This document shows positions 29,493 to 39,326 of a stretch of 64,000 nt of DNA, one piece after another (the first letter of the stretch is position 1; every line of letters begins with the position of its first letter). The stretch comes from an uncultured Verrucomicrobiae bacterium. Its GTDB lineage: Bacteria; Verrucomicrobiota; Verrucomicrobiia; Limisphaerales; Palsa-1400. The DNA lies in the NCBI GenBank assembly GCA_963702845.1, contig OY969763.1, positions 5,248,001 to 5,312,000 on the forward strand, written 5' to 3'. Below the pieces are notes generated by a model. It was not told the origin of the DNA. It did not search any database and saw only the letters and a program-made list of their open reading frames with translations. The position numbers and the translations under genes are program-made.

Positions 29493-31520
29493 ATGCCCGC
29501 CAGCGCCACAACTCAACGCGCCACTCGCGCCAGTGTGCAACCGGCCACGACGAACGAGCGCGCGAAAATTCGGAAGTATGGCCTGATCGTTTCCGCGCTC
29601 CTGCTCATCGGCGTGGCGCTCGTGTTCGCACAAGTGCGTCATTTCGATTTCGTTGTGATCGACGACGGCGAATACGTCACCGACAATCCGCAAATCAAAT
29701 CCGGCCTGAACTGGGCCACCGTTAAGTGGACGTTCACCCACACCGTCGCGGCCAATTGGCATCCGCTCGCGATGATGTCGCACGCGCTCGATTGCCAGGT
29801 TTTCGGCCAGAACGCCGGCGCGCATCACATCGTTAATGTAGCGTTGCACGCCGCGAATACCGTTCTGCTGTTCTGGCTGTTAGCGACGCTTCTGCGGCCA
29901 ACCAACAGCACTGAACGCCATCCCATCCCGCACGTCTGGATGTGCGGGATTGTGGCGGCATTGTTTGGTCTTCACCCTTTGCGCGTCGAATCGGTCGCGT
30001 GGATTTCGGAACGCAAAGACGTCCTCAGCGTCTTCTTCTTCATGCTGACGCTGCTCGCGTATGTGCGCTATGTGCGATTGCGCGCACCTAAGAACAATGC
30101 GACCCCCGCCTACCTGCTGACTCTCGGTCTATTCTCCCTCGGCCTGCTCGCCAAACCGATGCTGGTGACGCTTCCGTTCGTTCTGTTATTGCTGGATTTC
30201 TGGCCACTCAAAAGAGTGTCGAGCGTCCGAGCGGGTGGCGCGTTGGTTCTGGAAAAAGTTCCGATGTTTCTCGTGAGTGCGGCGGCGAGCGCGACCACGT
30301 TTTTTGCACAAAAAGGTTCAGGGTCCGTGGTGGGCTTGGAGAGTTTCCCATTAAGTGAACGACTGCAGAACGTGACTGTTTCTTACGCGCGTTACCTTGG
30401 CAAAACGTTTTGGCCGCAAAATCTTTGCGCCTACTATCCATACGAAGGCTGGACTGCATTGCAGGTCGCAGGGGCTGCGCTGCTCATGCTGGCATTGTCG
30501 GCGCTCGCGATTTGGTCCGTGCGCAAGCGGCCCTTTGTTTTCGTCGGATGGTTCTGGTTCGTCGGCATGCTTGTCCCGGTGATCGGTTTCGCGCAAGTCG
30601 GCGCGCAATCAATGGCGGATCGATACGCCTACTTGCCTCATGTGGGCCTCTTCATCGTATTGGTGTGGGGCTCGTTTGCAATCGCGCGAAAGCCGGCGTT
30701 AATCGTTTTGAGCATCGCGACAGTTGCCGCTGCGGTCGTTGCCACATCGCAAGTGGCGTATTGGCGCGACTCGGAGGTGTTATTTGATCGCACCTTGCGA
30801 CTCACGGAAAACAACGTCAGCGCGAACTATTTCATGGCGCTCGCTCTGGAGACAAAAGGGAAAAAGGCCGAATCAATACCGTACTTTCAGGAAGCGATTC
30901 GCGGTAATCCGGACAATATCAAAGCGCTTACCCACCTCGGTCGCATTTTCGGTGAACAAGGAAAAATCGATGACGCTCGAAAACAATTCGAGGCCGCCTT
31001 ACGCGTCGATTCCGATCTGCCACTCACCCACATCAATCTCGCCGACATGTTGATCCGGCAAGGCAAGCGCGACGAAGCGATTGAGCATTATATCGCCGCC
31101 ATGCAATCGAAGCCCGACATGCCGGAAGCGCACTTTGAATTGTCCAATCTGCTCTCGGCCAAGCACGACTACGAAGGTGCCATCGCGCAACTGAGGACGG
31201 CTGTCGAACAGAAACCAAATTATCCAGATGCTCTCAACAGTCTGGCTTGGATGCTGGCGACTCAGCCCAATCCCAAGTTACGCAATGGCGCGGAAGCTGT
31301 CCGGTTCGCCGAACAAGCGGTCGCGCTGACGAAGAACAGTGACCCCGGACTGTTGGATACGTTAGCCGCTGCCTATGCCGAAGCCGGCAGATTCCCAGAC
31401 GCGATCAAGACCATTGAATCGGCGGTTCAGATCGCCGCGACGTCGGGACAAACAAAGTTGGTTACTGAATTAAAGGAGCGCCTGCAGCTCTACCAAACGG
31501 CAACAGCGTATCGAGAGTAA
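29493..31520 (+). CDS. TMTC-like GT-C glycosyltransferase with C-terminal TPRs
   Basis: FVVIDDGEYV (first-loop DD), WHPL, HPLRVESVAWISERKDVL, LLAKPM, MADRYAYLP, then TPRs. Confidence 0.85.
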   Translation: MPASATTQRATRASVQPATTNERAKIRKYGLIVSALLLIGVALVFAQVRHFDFVVIDDGEYVTDNPQIKSGLNWATVKWTFTHTVAANWHPLAMMSHALDCQVFGQNAGAHHIVNVALHAANTVLLFWLLATLLRPTNSTERHPIPHVWMCGIVAALFGLHPLRVESVAWISERKDVLSVFFFMLTLLAYVRYVRLRAPKNNATPAYLLTLGLFSLGLLAKPMLVTLPFVLLLLDFWPLKRVSSVRAGGALVLEKVPMFLVSAAASATTFFAQKGSGSVVGLESFPLSERLQNVTVSYARYLGKTFWPQNLCAYYPYEGWTALQVAGAALLMLALSALAIWSVRKRPFVFVGWFWFVGMLVPVIGFAQVGAQSMADRYAYLPHVGLFIVLVWGSFAIARKPALIVLSIATVAAAVVATSQVAYWRDSEVLFDRTLRLTENNVSANYFMALALETKGKKAESIPYFQEAIRGNPDNIKALTHLGRIFGEQGKIDDARKQFEAALRVDSDLPLTHINLADMLIRQGKRDEAIEHYIAAMQSKPDMPEAHFELSNLLSAKHDYEGAIAQLRTAVEQKPNYPDALNSLAWMLATQPNPKLRNGAEAVRFAEQAVALTKNSDPGLLDTLAAAYAEAGRFPDAIKTIESAVQIAATSGQTKLVTELKERLQLYQTATAYRE

Positions 31521-31525
31521 CGGCG

Positions 31526-33151
31526 TTACTTTAGTCCCATCGCTTGTATCCACCCCTCGCTTTGAGCGACGATCTGATCCAACCCATGCTTACGCGCGAC
31601 GTCCTGCGCTTTTTGTTCCATCGCCAACGCCCGTGCTTTATCTCCGCGCGATAAATAAATCTGGGCCAGGCCGTGATACGCTTTGAGGTGATAGCGTTCT
31701 ACCGGCAGTTTCACGGTTTCGTTAAATTGCACCATCGCCTCGTCAGCCGCGCCCGCTTTCAATAACGTCTCGCCGAAAAAATAGTGGGCATCGTCGGATT
31801 GTGGGTTCAACCTAAGCGTCTCACGAAATTCGGTCATGGCCGGTTCGATTTGACCGGCGGTTAACAATTCGTCGGCCAGATTTCCGTGCAGGATCCATGA
31901 CGTCGGGTTTTTTTCGACGGCGGCACCATAGAGCGTGACTGCATCGCGATAGGTGGCCGCTTGTTGTGCGGCTTTCAGCGAGAGCGCTGCGATAATGAGT
32001 GCAATAATTCCAACCTGAACTTTGTATTTATTGATGTGTGACAGCGCCGCTCCAGCCAGTGCCGGCACGCCAATGATCGCTATATGTTGATAGTGATCAG
32101 CAACCAGAGAAAATTTCATAAAGCCCGTGTCGCTCAACCCCATCACCGGCAGAAGTGCGATACAAACAAACAGCCAGCCGACAAATAATGCACGTCCGAC
32201 TGTGGACTTCCTCACAAGCCACAAAGCCGCCGTTGTCGCGACCGCTGTCACCACGGGCACGAACCACAGCCATTGATTCAAATTGATTTCCCATTTCGGA
32301 TAAATAAACGCGAGGTCCGTCGGCAGAATGGCCTTCCACAAATAAAACCACGTGACCGCTCCGGCGCCGAGAATGCGTTGAAGCAAACTGGCAGAGCGGA
32401 TTCCTTCCGCGTTCGCATGCGCCATAAACCACATGTTCACAATCGAAAATAATGCCGCCAAAGCCAAGAACGGAATGACCCGTAAAATATCGCGTTTCGT
32501 CACCGGCCGTTTCCACCAAATGATTAGAAGCAACAGGGGCGGCAAAACAACCACCGCAATTTTGCTCAGCAACGCCAGCACAAAACTGGTTAACGAAAGC
32601 CAATAGAATCGACCTGTTTGGCGCGAATCACCGCCCTGCTCCATGCAAACGTAGAAATAGGCGCTCGCCAAAAACCAAAACATCGACAGCGTGTTCTTCC
32701 GTTGCACGATCCACGCCACTGACTCGACGTTGACCGGATGAATCGCAAACAGCATCGCCGCCACAAATGCGCCGGGCACCGCCAACAGTTTTAGAACGCG
32801 CCACACCATCACGGCCGCACCCAAGTGAAGCAACAGGTTCACCACGTGGTATCCCAATGTTTGGTAACCCCACATTCCCCATTCGATGCGCAGCATCGAT
32901 TCGGTCAGAGGCCAGTAATCCGGCAGTGTTGTCGAAAACCAAATCTGTTGCCACGTCGCCTGTCCACAGCGTTGCAGCAGATCTTCATCGTCCAAAATAA
33001 ATCCCCCACGCAAGGCCGGCCAATACACGGCCAAAATCAACACAGCCATCAATGCTGCACCGCCGAGAATATGCGACCACTCAGTTTGTCCATTTCGCAC
33101 GGGGACACTCGCGGTTGTCGTCTTGGAACGCTGGGTCGCTGCGATACTCAT
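31526..33151 (-). CDS. TMTC-like GT-C glycosyltransferase with TPRs
   Basis: GGFILDDED, YWPL, HPVNVESVAWIVQRKN, LLSKI, VADHYQH, then TPRs. Confidence 0.85.
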   Translation of the reverse strand: MSIAATQRSKTTTASVPVRNGQTEWSHILGGAALMAVLILAVYWPALRGGFILDDEDLLQRCGQATWQQIWFSTTLPDYWPLTESMLRIEWGMWGYQTLGYHVVNLLLHLGAAVMVWRVLKLLAVPGAFVAAMLFAIHPVNVESVAWIVQRKNTLSMFWFLASAYFYVCMEQGGDSRQTGRFYWLSLTSFVLALLSKIAVVVLPPLLLLIIWWKRPVTKRDILRVIPFLALAALFSIVNMWFMAHANAEGIRSASLLQRILGAGAVTWFYLWKAILPTDLAFIYPKWEINLNQWLWFVPVVTAVATTAALWLVRKSTVGRALFVGWLFVCIALLPVMGLSDTGFMKFSLVADHYQHIAIIGVPALAGAALSHINKYKVQVGIIALIIAALSLKAAQQAATYRDAVTLYGAAVEKNPTSWILHGNLADELLTAGQIEPAMTEFRETLRLNPQSDDAHYFFGETLLKAGAADEAMVQFNETVKLPVERYHLKAYHGLAQIYLSRGDKARALAMEQKAQDVARKHGLDQIVAQSEGWIQAMGLK

Positions 33152-35307
33152 TCCGTGTAGGATCGCTTTTGTGCGTAGAGGGCATTTCTGCGCTCAAGGT
33201 CCACGACGAAGCTCTTATCTCCTTTAGCAGTTGCTAACTGCAGCGCTTGCTTCCCGAATTTTATGGCATCGTCAAAGTCGCCAGTCGCCGCGCAGGCTGC
33301 TGCTGCGGTATCCAATGCGCCCGGCTCGGCGAACTTCGTCATCTCCGCCGCTTGCAATGCCATTTGTTTCGCTTCAGCTTTTTCGACCACGTTTGCTTGC
33401 GCATCAGTTGCGTAACTCCAGGCCAGATCATTCAAAGCGTCGACAGTCCCCGGTGCAATTCGGAGCACCTCGCGCAAATGTTTTCGAGCTCCGACACGGT
33501 CATGCTTTTGGCCGAGCACCGTCGCGATTCGATAATGCGTCCCGGCCTGGTCGGGATTCAACTCGATGGAACCCGCAAACGCCTGCAACGCATCGTCGTT
33601 TTTCCCAAGCGCCATCAACGCGTCGCCCAGACGCTTCTGCAATTCCGCGCGCATCTGATTATTGTCACCACTAAATCGCCACTGCCCCTGTTGCGGTATG
33701 TTGTCCGGTGGAATTTCCAATGCCGCGCGCATTTGCTCGATCGCCTGTGGCAGTTTGCCGAGGATGAGATACGCCGAGCCAATATTGAAACGGACAAAGA
33801 AATTATTTGGCTGCACTTTAAGAAGTTCTTCCAACGGCGGGATCGCTTCATTGTATTTTTTCATATGCAGATAAACCGAAGCTTCACCCATTAGCGCGTG
33901 CCGGTATCCGGGAAAAATCTCCAGTGAACGCTTAAAATACTTGAGCGAATCGTCCAGTTGGCCGTGTTCCTGAAGTTCTTCAGCGAGGTTGTTTGCGGCG
34001 ACATAGCTGTTCGGGTTTTTTTCCAGCGTCGCGCGCCAAATACGTGAGGTGTCGTAAAGGTGCGATTGGTTCCAACTCAGCACCGCAAACGCCACCACAA
34101 CTGCGCCGAGCACAGTGGCTCGAACCGACGGGTTGTCAAAAACCTTCGCCACGCCCATGACAATCGCCGCCGCCGCGACCGGCAATGAGAAATATTGCCA
34201 GTGATCAGCAACGAGCGAGAACTTGTGATAATTCACGTTCAACAATCCAACCACCGGCGCCAACATCAACAGAAAGACCGCGAGCGCCACGACCGGACCG
34301 CGACCCCATCGTCGCTGTTGCACCCAAAGCACCACGAGCGCCGCTGCCATACACAGGTGCGGAATGTAACTGGCAAGTTCTTGCGGTTTAATGGTCCATT
34401 GTGGATACACCGGCGACAGATTGATCGGGCAAAGTGCTTTGCTGATGTAAAACCAAACCGCCGGGCCCACGCCTGCAATCCGCAAAAGCATGGGTCGAAC
34501 AGGAAAATCGGCCGCCATCGCGCGATGATTCTGAAACCAGATCGTCACCAATCCCATTACAAACGCGATCGCAAAAAATGGAAGGGTCCGCATCACGTCA
34601 CGCCTCGTAACACCGCGTTTCCACCACGCGATGCACAGGAAAATCGCGGGCAACATCACCCCAGCCGTTTTCGATAACAACGACAGCAAAAAGAATATCA
34701 GCGAGCCGATGTACAGTCGTTGGGATTTTTTTGCATTCTCGGGATCTGAGTCGGCGCTCAAATAACAATGCGCACTCAATAACGCGAACATCATTGCCAT
34801 CGTGTTCTTGCGTTCCGCAATCCAGGCGACGGTTGCGACATTCACCGGGTGCAATGCAAACAACGCCGCCCCGAACCATGCGAGATCGAACACGTTCGAC
34901 GCCGGCGCTGAACCAGCCGGCGCGGTCGTGCCCAAAATCTTCCGCAACACCCGCCACAGCAGCAGCGTGTTGATGGCGTGCAGGATTAAGTTCGTGACGT
35001 GGTAACCAGTGGGGTTCATTCCCCAAATGCGCCATTCAAACCAGAAGTCCGTATACGTGACCGGAAAATAATCGATCGGCTTGATGCTGAACCAGAGGTC
35101 GCGCAATCCTTCCGCCGATTTGATCACCGAATTGTCGGTCAGCAATAAATCGTCGTCCCAGATAAAGCCGTTGCGAAGCGTCGGCCAAAAGGTGACCACC
35201 ACCAACGCGAGTAAAACAAGAATCCCCCACCATTCTTTATGGATTGCAGCGCTGGGCTCCGGCGTTGGTTTGACCAACGGGCGCGATTCTGATGCGGCGA
35301 CAGGCAT
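33148..35307 (-). CDS. TMTC-like GT-C glycosyltransferase with TPRs
   Basis: NGFIWDDDLL, YFPV, HPVNVATVAWIAERKN, LLSKT, VADHWQY and a long TPR array; ATGA-coupled to the next paralog. Confidence 0.85.
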   Translation of the reverse strand: MPVAASESRPLVKPTPEPSAAIHKEWWGILVLLALVVVTFWPTLRNGFIWDDDLLLTDNSVIKSAEGLRDLWFSIKPIDYFPVTYTDFWFEWRIWGMNPTGYHVTNLILHAINTLLLWRVLRKILGTTAPAGSAPASNVFDLAWFGAALFALHPVNVATVAWIAERKNTMAMMFALLSAHCYLSADSDPENAKKSQRLYIGSLIFFLLSLLSKTAGVMLPAIFLCIAWWKRGVTRRDVMRTLPFFAIAFVMGLVTIWFQNHRAMAADFPVRPMLLRIAGVGPAVWFYISKALCPINLSPVYPQWTIKPQELASYIPHLCMAAALVVLWVQQRRWGRGPVVALAVFLLMLAPVVGLLNVNYHKFSLVADHWQYFSLPVAAAAIVMGVAKVFDNPSVRATVLGAVVVAFAVLSWNQSHLYDTSRIWRATLEKNPNSYVAANNLAEELQEHGQLDDSLKYFKRSLEIFPGYRHALMGEASVYLHMKKYNEAIPPLEELLKVQPNNFFVRFNIGSAYLILGKLPQAIEQMRAALEIPPDNIPQQGQWRFSGDNNQMRAELQKRLGDALMALGKNDDALQAFAGSIELNPDQAGTHYRIATVLGQKHDRVGARKHLREVLRIAPGTVDALNDLAWSYATDAQANVVEKAEAKQMALQAAEMTKFAEPGALDTAAAACAATGDFDDAIKFGKQALQLATAKGDKSFVVDLERRNALYAQKRSYTE

Positions 35308-35417
35308 ACGAGTAGTTTGGGGTTGCGCCGCATTGTAGACGTTTCGCCGTGAAAAGGTAAATAAAAGCTTCCCGTCTGTGATACTTGTCGGGCACAAAGT
35401 TGCGGTACATTAAACCC

Positions 35418-36608
35418 ATGCAACACGAGCACGCCGTCACGGGACATTGGCCGAAGCCGTTCAACGACGACGCCATGCGCGATTGGGCTATCGCCCTGCG
35501 GAAACAACTGCGCGCGCCGCATGTCTCGCTCGGCATGGTGTTCATGACCCCGGATTATTTCAAAGACGCCGAGCAGATTCTCGAACTGCTGCGCGTCCAC
35601 GCGCAAATCCCGTTGCTCATCGGTTGCTCGAGCACGAGTTTGATCGTCGATTCCGCCGAGATGGAGGACAAAGCCGGCATCGTCCTCGCCCTTTACGCTC
35701 TGCCTGATGCGAAACTGCGCGCCGTTCGTTTCACGCAGGAACAACTCGAAGAAGCGTCCAGCCCCGGCTACTGGCAAATGGAAACCGGGGTTGCAACCGA
35801 ACAGGTGAACGGCTGGCTGGTTTTCGCCGACCCGTTTCATCTCGATGCTGAAACGTGGTTGCGCAGTTGGAACGATTCTTACGCGCCGAAACCGATTCTC
35901 GGCGGACTCGCCAGCGGCGACATGAACGGCCAAACGACGCAGATTTATTTGAACGGCGACATCTTCGAGGAAGGCGGTGTAGCTCTCGCCGTCGGTGGCG
36001 ATGTGGAGTTGCGCAGCGTCATTTCCCAGGGTTGCACGCCAATCGGCCAAACCTGGACCATCACCAAAGCCGAAGCCAATTTCATCCACGAAATCGGCAA
36101 TCGCCCGGCATACCAGGTGCTCGCTGAGACGTTTGAATCGTTGCCGAAAGCTGATCAACAAAAAACGCGCGGCAACCTTTTCATTGGCCTGGTCGTGGAC
36201 GAATACCTCGAAGATTTTCATCGCGGCGATTTCCTCATCCGCAACATTCTCGGCGGCGATCCGTCGTCGGGCAGTCTGGCCGTGGGCGCTTTTCCGCGTT
36301 TGGGTCAAACGGTCCAGTTCCAACGTCGCGACGCCACGGCGGCGTCACAGGACCTGCATGTTTTACTTGAGCGTTTGAAAGAACAAATCGGCAACCACGC
36401 TGTTTATGGCGGGTGCCTCTGCTGTTGCAACGGACGCGGCGAGCGGCTCTTCGGGCAGCCCAGTCACGACGCTTCGTTGATCCAGGAAAAAGTCGGTCCG
36501 ATGCAATTGGCCGGCTTTTTCTGCAATGGCGAGATTGGCCCCATCGGTGACAAAAACTTTCTCCACGGCTACACAGCCTCGCTCGCGTTGTTCACGAAAA
36601 AGAGCTGA
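35418..36608 (+). CDS. FIST (FIST_N + FIST_C) sensory domain protein
   Basis: LIGCSS, FADPF, LGGLASG, ISQGCTPIG, DFLIRNILG, CCCNGRG, AGFFCNGEIGP, LHGYTAS. Confidence 0.92.
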   Translation: MQHEHAVTGHWPKPFNDDAMRDWAIALRKQLRAPHVSLGMVFMTPDYFKDAEQILELLRVHAQIPLLIGCSSTSLIVDSAEMEDKAGIVLALYALPDAKLRAVRFTQEQLEEASSPGYWQMETGVATEQVNGWLVFADPFHLDAETWLRSWNDSYAPKPILGGLASGDMNGQTTQIYLNGDIFEEGGVALAVGGDVELRSVISQGCTPIGQTWTITKAEANFIHEIGNRPAYQVLAETFESLPKADQQKTRGNLFIGLVVDEYLEDFHRGDFLIRNILGGDPSSGSLAVGAFPRLGQTVQFQRRDATAASQDLHVLLERLKEQIGNHAVYGGCLCCCNGRGERLFGQPSHDASLIQEKVGPMQLAGFFCNGEIGPIGDKNFLHGYTASLALFTKKS

Positions 36609-36626
36609 CGCCGGTCGTCCAACTGC

Positions 36627-37946
36627 TTACGCGGTGAGATTGAGATCCGTTCGAACCTGCGCGCCGGAATTGTCTTCGATCGCTTTGTCGGAACGGAAGG
36701 CGCAGCCAAAAATCGCCGCAGCCTTTAAGCCTTTGTCCAAACGAATCGCGGGCTTGCCGCCGTCCATGAATTCACAGCCGTTGACAATCAGGCGTCCGTT
36801 TGACGCGCGGACGGCTGGGTCTTTTTTGCCCGCTTGATCCCAAGCGGTAAAATGGCAGGCGGTCAACGCTAGCGTCGAAGGACTGTTGTGGCGGATGTGT
36901 TCCTGCGTGCGTTCCATTCCCCAAAAGCCGCAGTTCGTAAATTTCACCGGCCCTTGATTCGTGGGCGCGATTTCGATCGTCGACATGAACTGCCCATTGG
37001 CCCATTGCAATCCGGCATGGCCCTGAGTGCGATCGACACGGACTGCGCATGGACAGATGTCGCTGCCTGATTGCGTGACGACGGCGTTGCCGGGACCGTG
37101 CCCGAAATCGTCGAAGTGAAATCCGATCTTTGCGAAAATGACGAAGCAATTGGAAATGAACTCCCAATCGGTTTGGCCGATTTTGAAACCGACAAGGTTC
37201 TTCTCGAGATACCCGCGAATGTCGCCGGCACCCGAGCCTTTTGGTTCCAGCCCCATGCGTTGCCAGAAGTTCGGATTGAAATGGACATTTTCAATGCGCC
37301 CGATGTCGGTGCATTGGTCGATGTAGATGCCGATGCTCAAGGGACAGGCGAAGATGTTCCTGATTAGATGCAGTTCGTTCCAGCGCGAGCCCGTGTCGAT
37401 GCCTTGAAACGGGTTGGTCATGGTGACGTCCAGAACCTGGCAAAGTTCGCCGTCAATGCGCACCGTCCATGGATAAGGCGTGACGTTCTCGAGCCGCTGC
37501 TCGGGATAGTGAATAGTGACGTTGCGCAAAATACCGTTTGGTTTCAGCGTAATCAACGGCGTGCCGTCGGCGTGGCCGCGACCGCCATAGGCCAGCAATA
37601 CCGAACCGACAGGATGTTCGCTGTGCGGCACACCGCCGGAAACGCCGCAGAGCGTCACGCCGGCGGGCACGGTCAACGAACCGTTTACGCGATATTGGCC
37701 GCGCGGCAGGAAACACACAGGGGTAGTTGTAGCGGCCTGATGCAGTGCTGATTGGATTGCGGTGGTGTCATCGGTTTTGCCGTCACCGACTGCGCCGAAC
37801 CCGCGCACGTTGACGACGTTGTTCGTTAGAATCGGAGCGGACGGTTGTGCGTTGGCAACACTCGCGAGCCCAAGCATGCCGGCGCCGGTCAGCGAGCGGG
37901 CAACGAAATGTCTTCGGGAAAGTTGGTCGGGTGCGTGTTCAGACAT
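36627..37946 (-). CDS. Tat-exported pectate-lyase-fold (beta-helix) glycoside hydrolase-like protein
   Basis: SRRHFV Tat motif; NVRGFGAVGDGKTDDTTAIQSAL, a Pectate_lyase_3-type N-terminus; beta-helix repeats. Confidence 0.85.
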   Translation of the reverse strand: MSEHAPDQLSRRHFVARSLTGAGMLGLASVANAQPSAPILTNNVVNVRGFGAVGDGKTDDTTAIQSALHQAATTTPVCFLPRGQYRVNGSLTVPAGVTLCGVSGGVPHSEHPVGSVLLAYGGRGHADGTPLITLKPNGILRNVTIHYPEQRLENVTPYPWTVRIDGELCQVLDVTMTNPFQGIDTGSRWNELHLIRNIFACPLSIGIYIDQCTDIGRIENVHFNPNFWQRMGLEPKGSGAGDIRGYLEKNLVGFKIGQTDWEFISNCFVIFAKIGFHFDDFGHGPGNAVVTQSGSDICPCAVRVDRTQGHAGLQWANGQFMSTIEIAPTNQGPVKFTNCGFWGMERTQEHIRHNSPSTLALTACHFTAWDQAGKKDPAVRASNGRLIVNGCEFMDGGKPAIRLDKGLKAAAIFGCAFRSDKAIEDNSGAQVRTDLNLTA

Positions 37947-37983
37947 GAAGGCGATTCTGCCGAGGGCGGATTCGGTTTGGTAG

Positions 37984-38015
37984 AAAAAATAAGTCCACGT
38001 TTTGAAACGTGGACT
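37984..38015 (-). terminator. Rho-independent terminator
   Basis: Minus strand agtccacgtt-tcaa-aacgtggact followed by tatttttt. Confidence 0.75.
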
Positions 38016-38017
38016 AC

Positions 38018-38091
38018 GGGGCGTCTCTCTGCCGTTGTTCTCCTTCGAGAGACTGCTTGCAGTCGGGAAACAACAAAAACGACTGCCACCC
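38018..38091 (-). ncRNA. Putative structured RNA (three-way junction with complementary loops)
   Basis: Minus strand P1 gggt/gccc, P2 gcagtcg/cgactgc, P3 gtctctc/gagagac. The loops gttgtttcc and ggagaacaac are complementary, and the terminator follows directly. Confidence 0.55.
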
Positions 38092-38274
38092 TTTACCGCA
38101 AAATAACTCAAATTTGGCGTTTTGAAAAACCCTGCTTCAACCGAGGTTGCTGGGGAAAATCGAAGTGTCGGCATGGCATATCGTCGTTTCCATCGTGTGG
38201 AGAGACAGATTTGCCGGATGGCGAAAATTGGAATGTCGGTGAAGTTCCTTGGGTTGCTTTAACAAGGACAGATT

Positions 38275-39252
38275 ATGCCAATTACTATGACTACACAGGC
38301 GACGATGAAGGCAGTCGTCATCCACAAATTCGGCGGCCCGGATGTGCTTCGATTTGAAGATATGCCGACGCCGCGACCGCGAGCACATGACGTCCTGGTG
38401 CGGGTGCGGGCGGCGGGGGTTAATCCGGTGGATTGGAAATTGCGAGAGGGTCTGATTGAGACGCTGCCTTTGCCGATGATCATGGGCATAGATTTCTCCG
38501 GGACGGTCGAATCGGTGGGCGATGCGGTCGAAAAATTCAGCATCGGCGAGGACGTGTTTGGACAGGTGGAAGCGGACTACACCGGGAGCTACGCGGAATA
38601 TTGCGTGGCGCCCGATTTTGCGATCGCGCACAAGCCGGATTCGCTCGACCACATTCACGCGGCGGCGCTTCCTGTGGCCGCGCTGACACCGTGGCAGGCA
38701 TTGTTTGACCTGGGAAAACTCACGGCGGGGCAAACGGTTTTGATCCATGCGGCTACGGGTGGAGTGGGAAGTTTTGCGGTGCAATTCGCAAAGTGGAAAA
38801 AGGCGCGGGTTATCGGCACCGCATCGACACAGAGCGTTGAGCTGGCGCGCAGCTTCGGCGCGGATGAGGTGGTGGATTATCGGAAGAGCAAATTCGAAGA
38901 GGCGGTGCGTGGTGTGGATATGGTTCTGGACCTGATCGGCGGTGACACGCAGGAACGTTCGTTCAAAGTTTTGAAACGCGGCGGCATTCTTGTTTCAACA
39001 GTGCAACCGCCGTCAGCGCAGAAATTGGAGGAGTTCGGCGTGCGCGGGACGATGGTTCGCCAAAAGCCGAATGGTGAACAACTCAAGACGATCGGCGATC
39101 TTGTGGCAAGCGGGATCGTGAGAGTGAATATCGAAGCGGTGATGCCGCTCAGTGAAATGCGGGCGGCCCAGGAGCGGAGTCAAACCGGGCACGCGCATGG
39201 GAAGATTGTGCTCGAGGTTTCTAAGGAGTGGTTGTTGCGGGCAAACTCATAG
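38275..39252 (+). CDS. NADP-dependent quinone oxidoreductase-like protein (MDR family)
   Basis: AAGVNPVDWK, GIDFSG, AAALPVAALTPWQ, VLIHAATGGVGSFAVQ, GHAHGKIVL. Confidence 0.93.
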   Translation: MPITMTTQATMKAVVIHKFGGPDVLRFEDMPTPRPRAHDVLVRVRAAGVNPVDWKLREGLIETLPLPMIMGIDFSGTVESVGDAVEKFSIGEDVFGQVEADYTGSYAEYCVAPDFAIAHKPDSLDHIHAAALPVAALTPWQALFDLGKLTAGQTVLIHAATGGVGSFAVQFAKWKKARVIGTASTQSVELARSFGADEVVDYRKSKFEEAVRGVDMVLDLIGGDTQERSFKVLKRGGILVSTVQPPSAQKLEEFGVRGTMVRQKPNGEQLKTIGDLVASGIVRVNIEAVMPLSEMRAAQERSQTGHAHGKIVLEVSKEWLLRANS

Positions 39253-39326
39253 TTTTAACCACCAAGGCACCAAGGGGAATAAAGACAAATACAGTTGAGT
39301 TGGTTTTAGTCACGGAAGGGATATTT

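Noticed and set aside
38018..38091. Known riboswitch or ribozyme (purine, c-di-GMP, guanidine, fluoride, hammerhead)
   Set aside because: Their conserved cores are not recognisable by eye. It is kept as an unknown structured RNA pending an Rfam search.
39254..39290. accaccaaggcaccaag repeat remnant extending the carbonic anhydrase ORF to 39228
   Set aside because: Too short to call as a feature. The upstream extension is unlikely to be coding, and ATG 39327 gives a sensible signal peptide.
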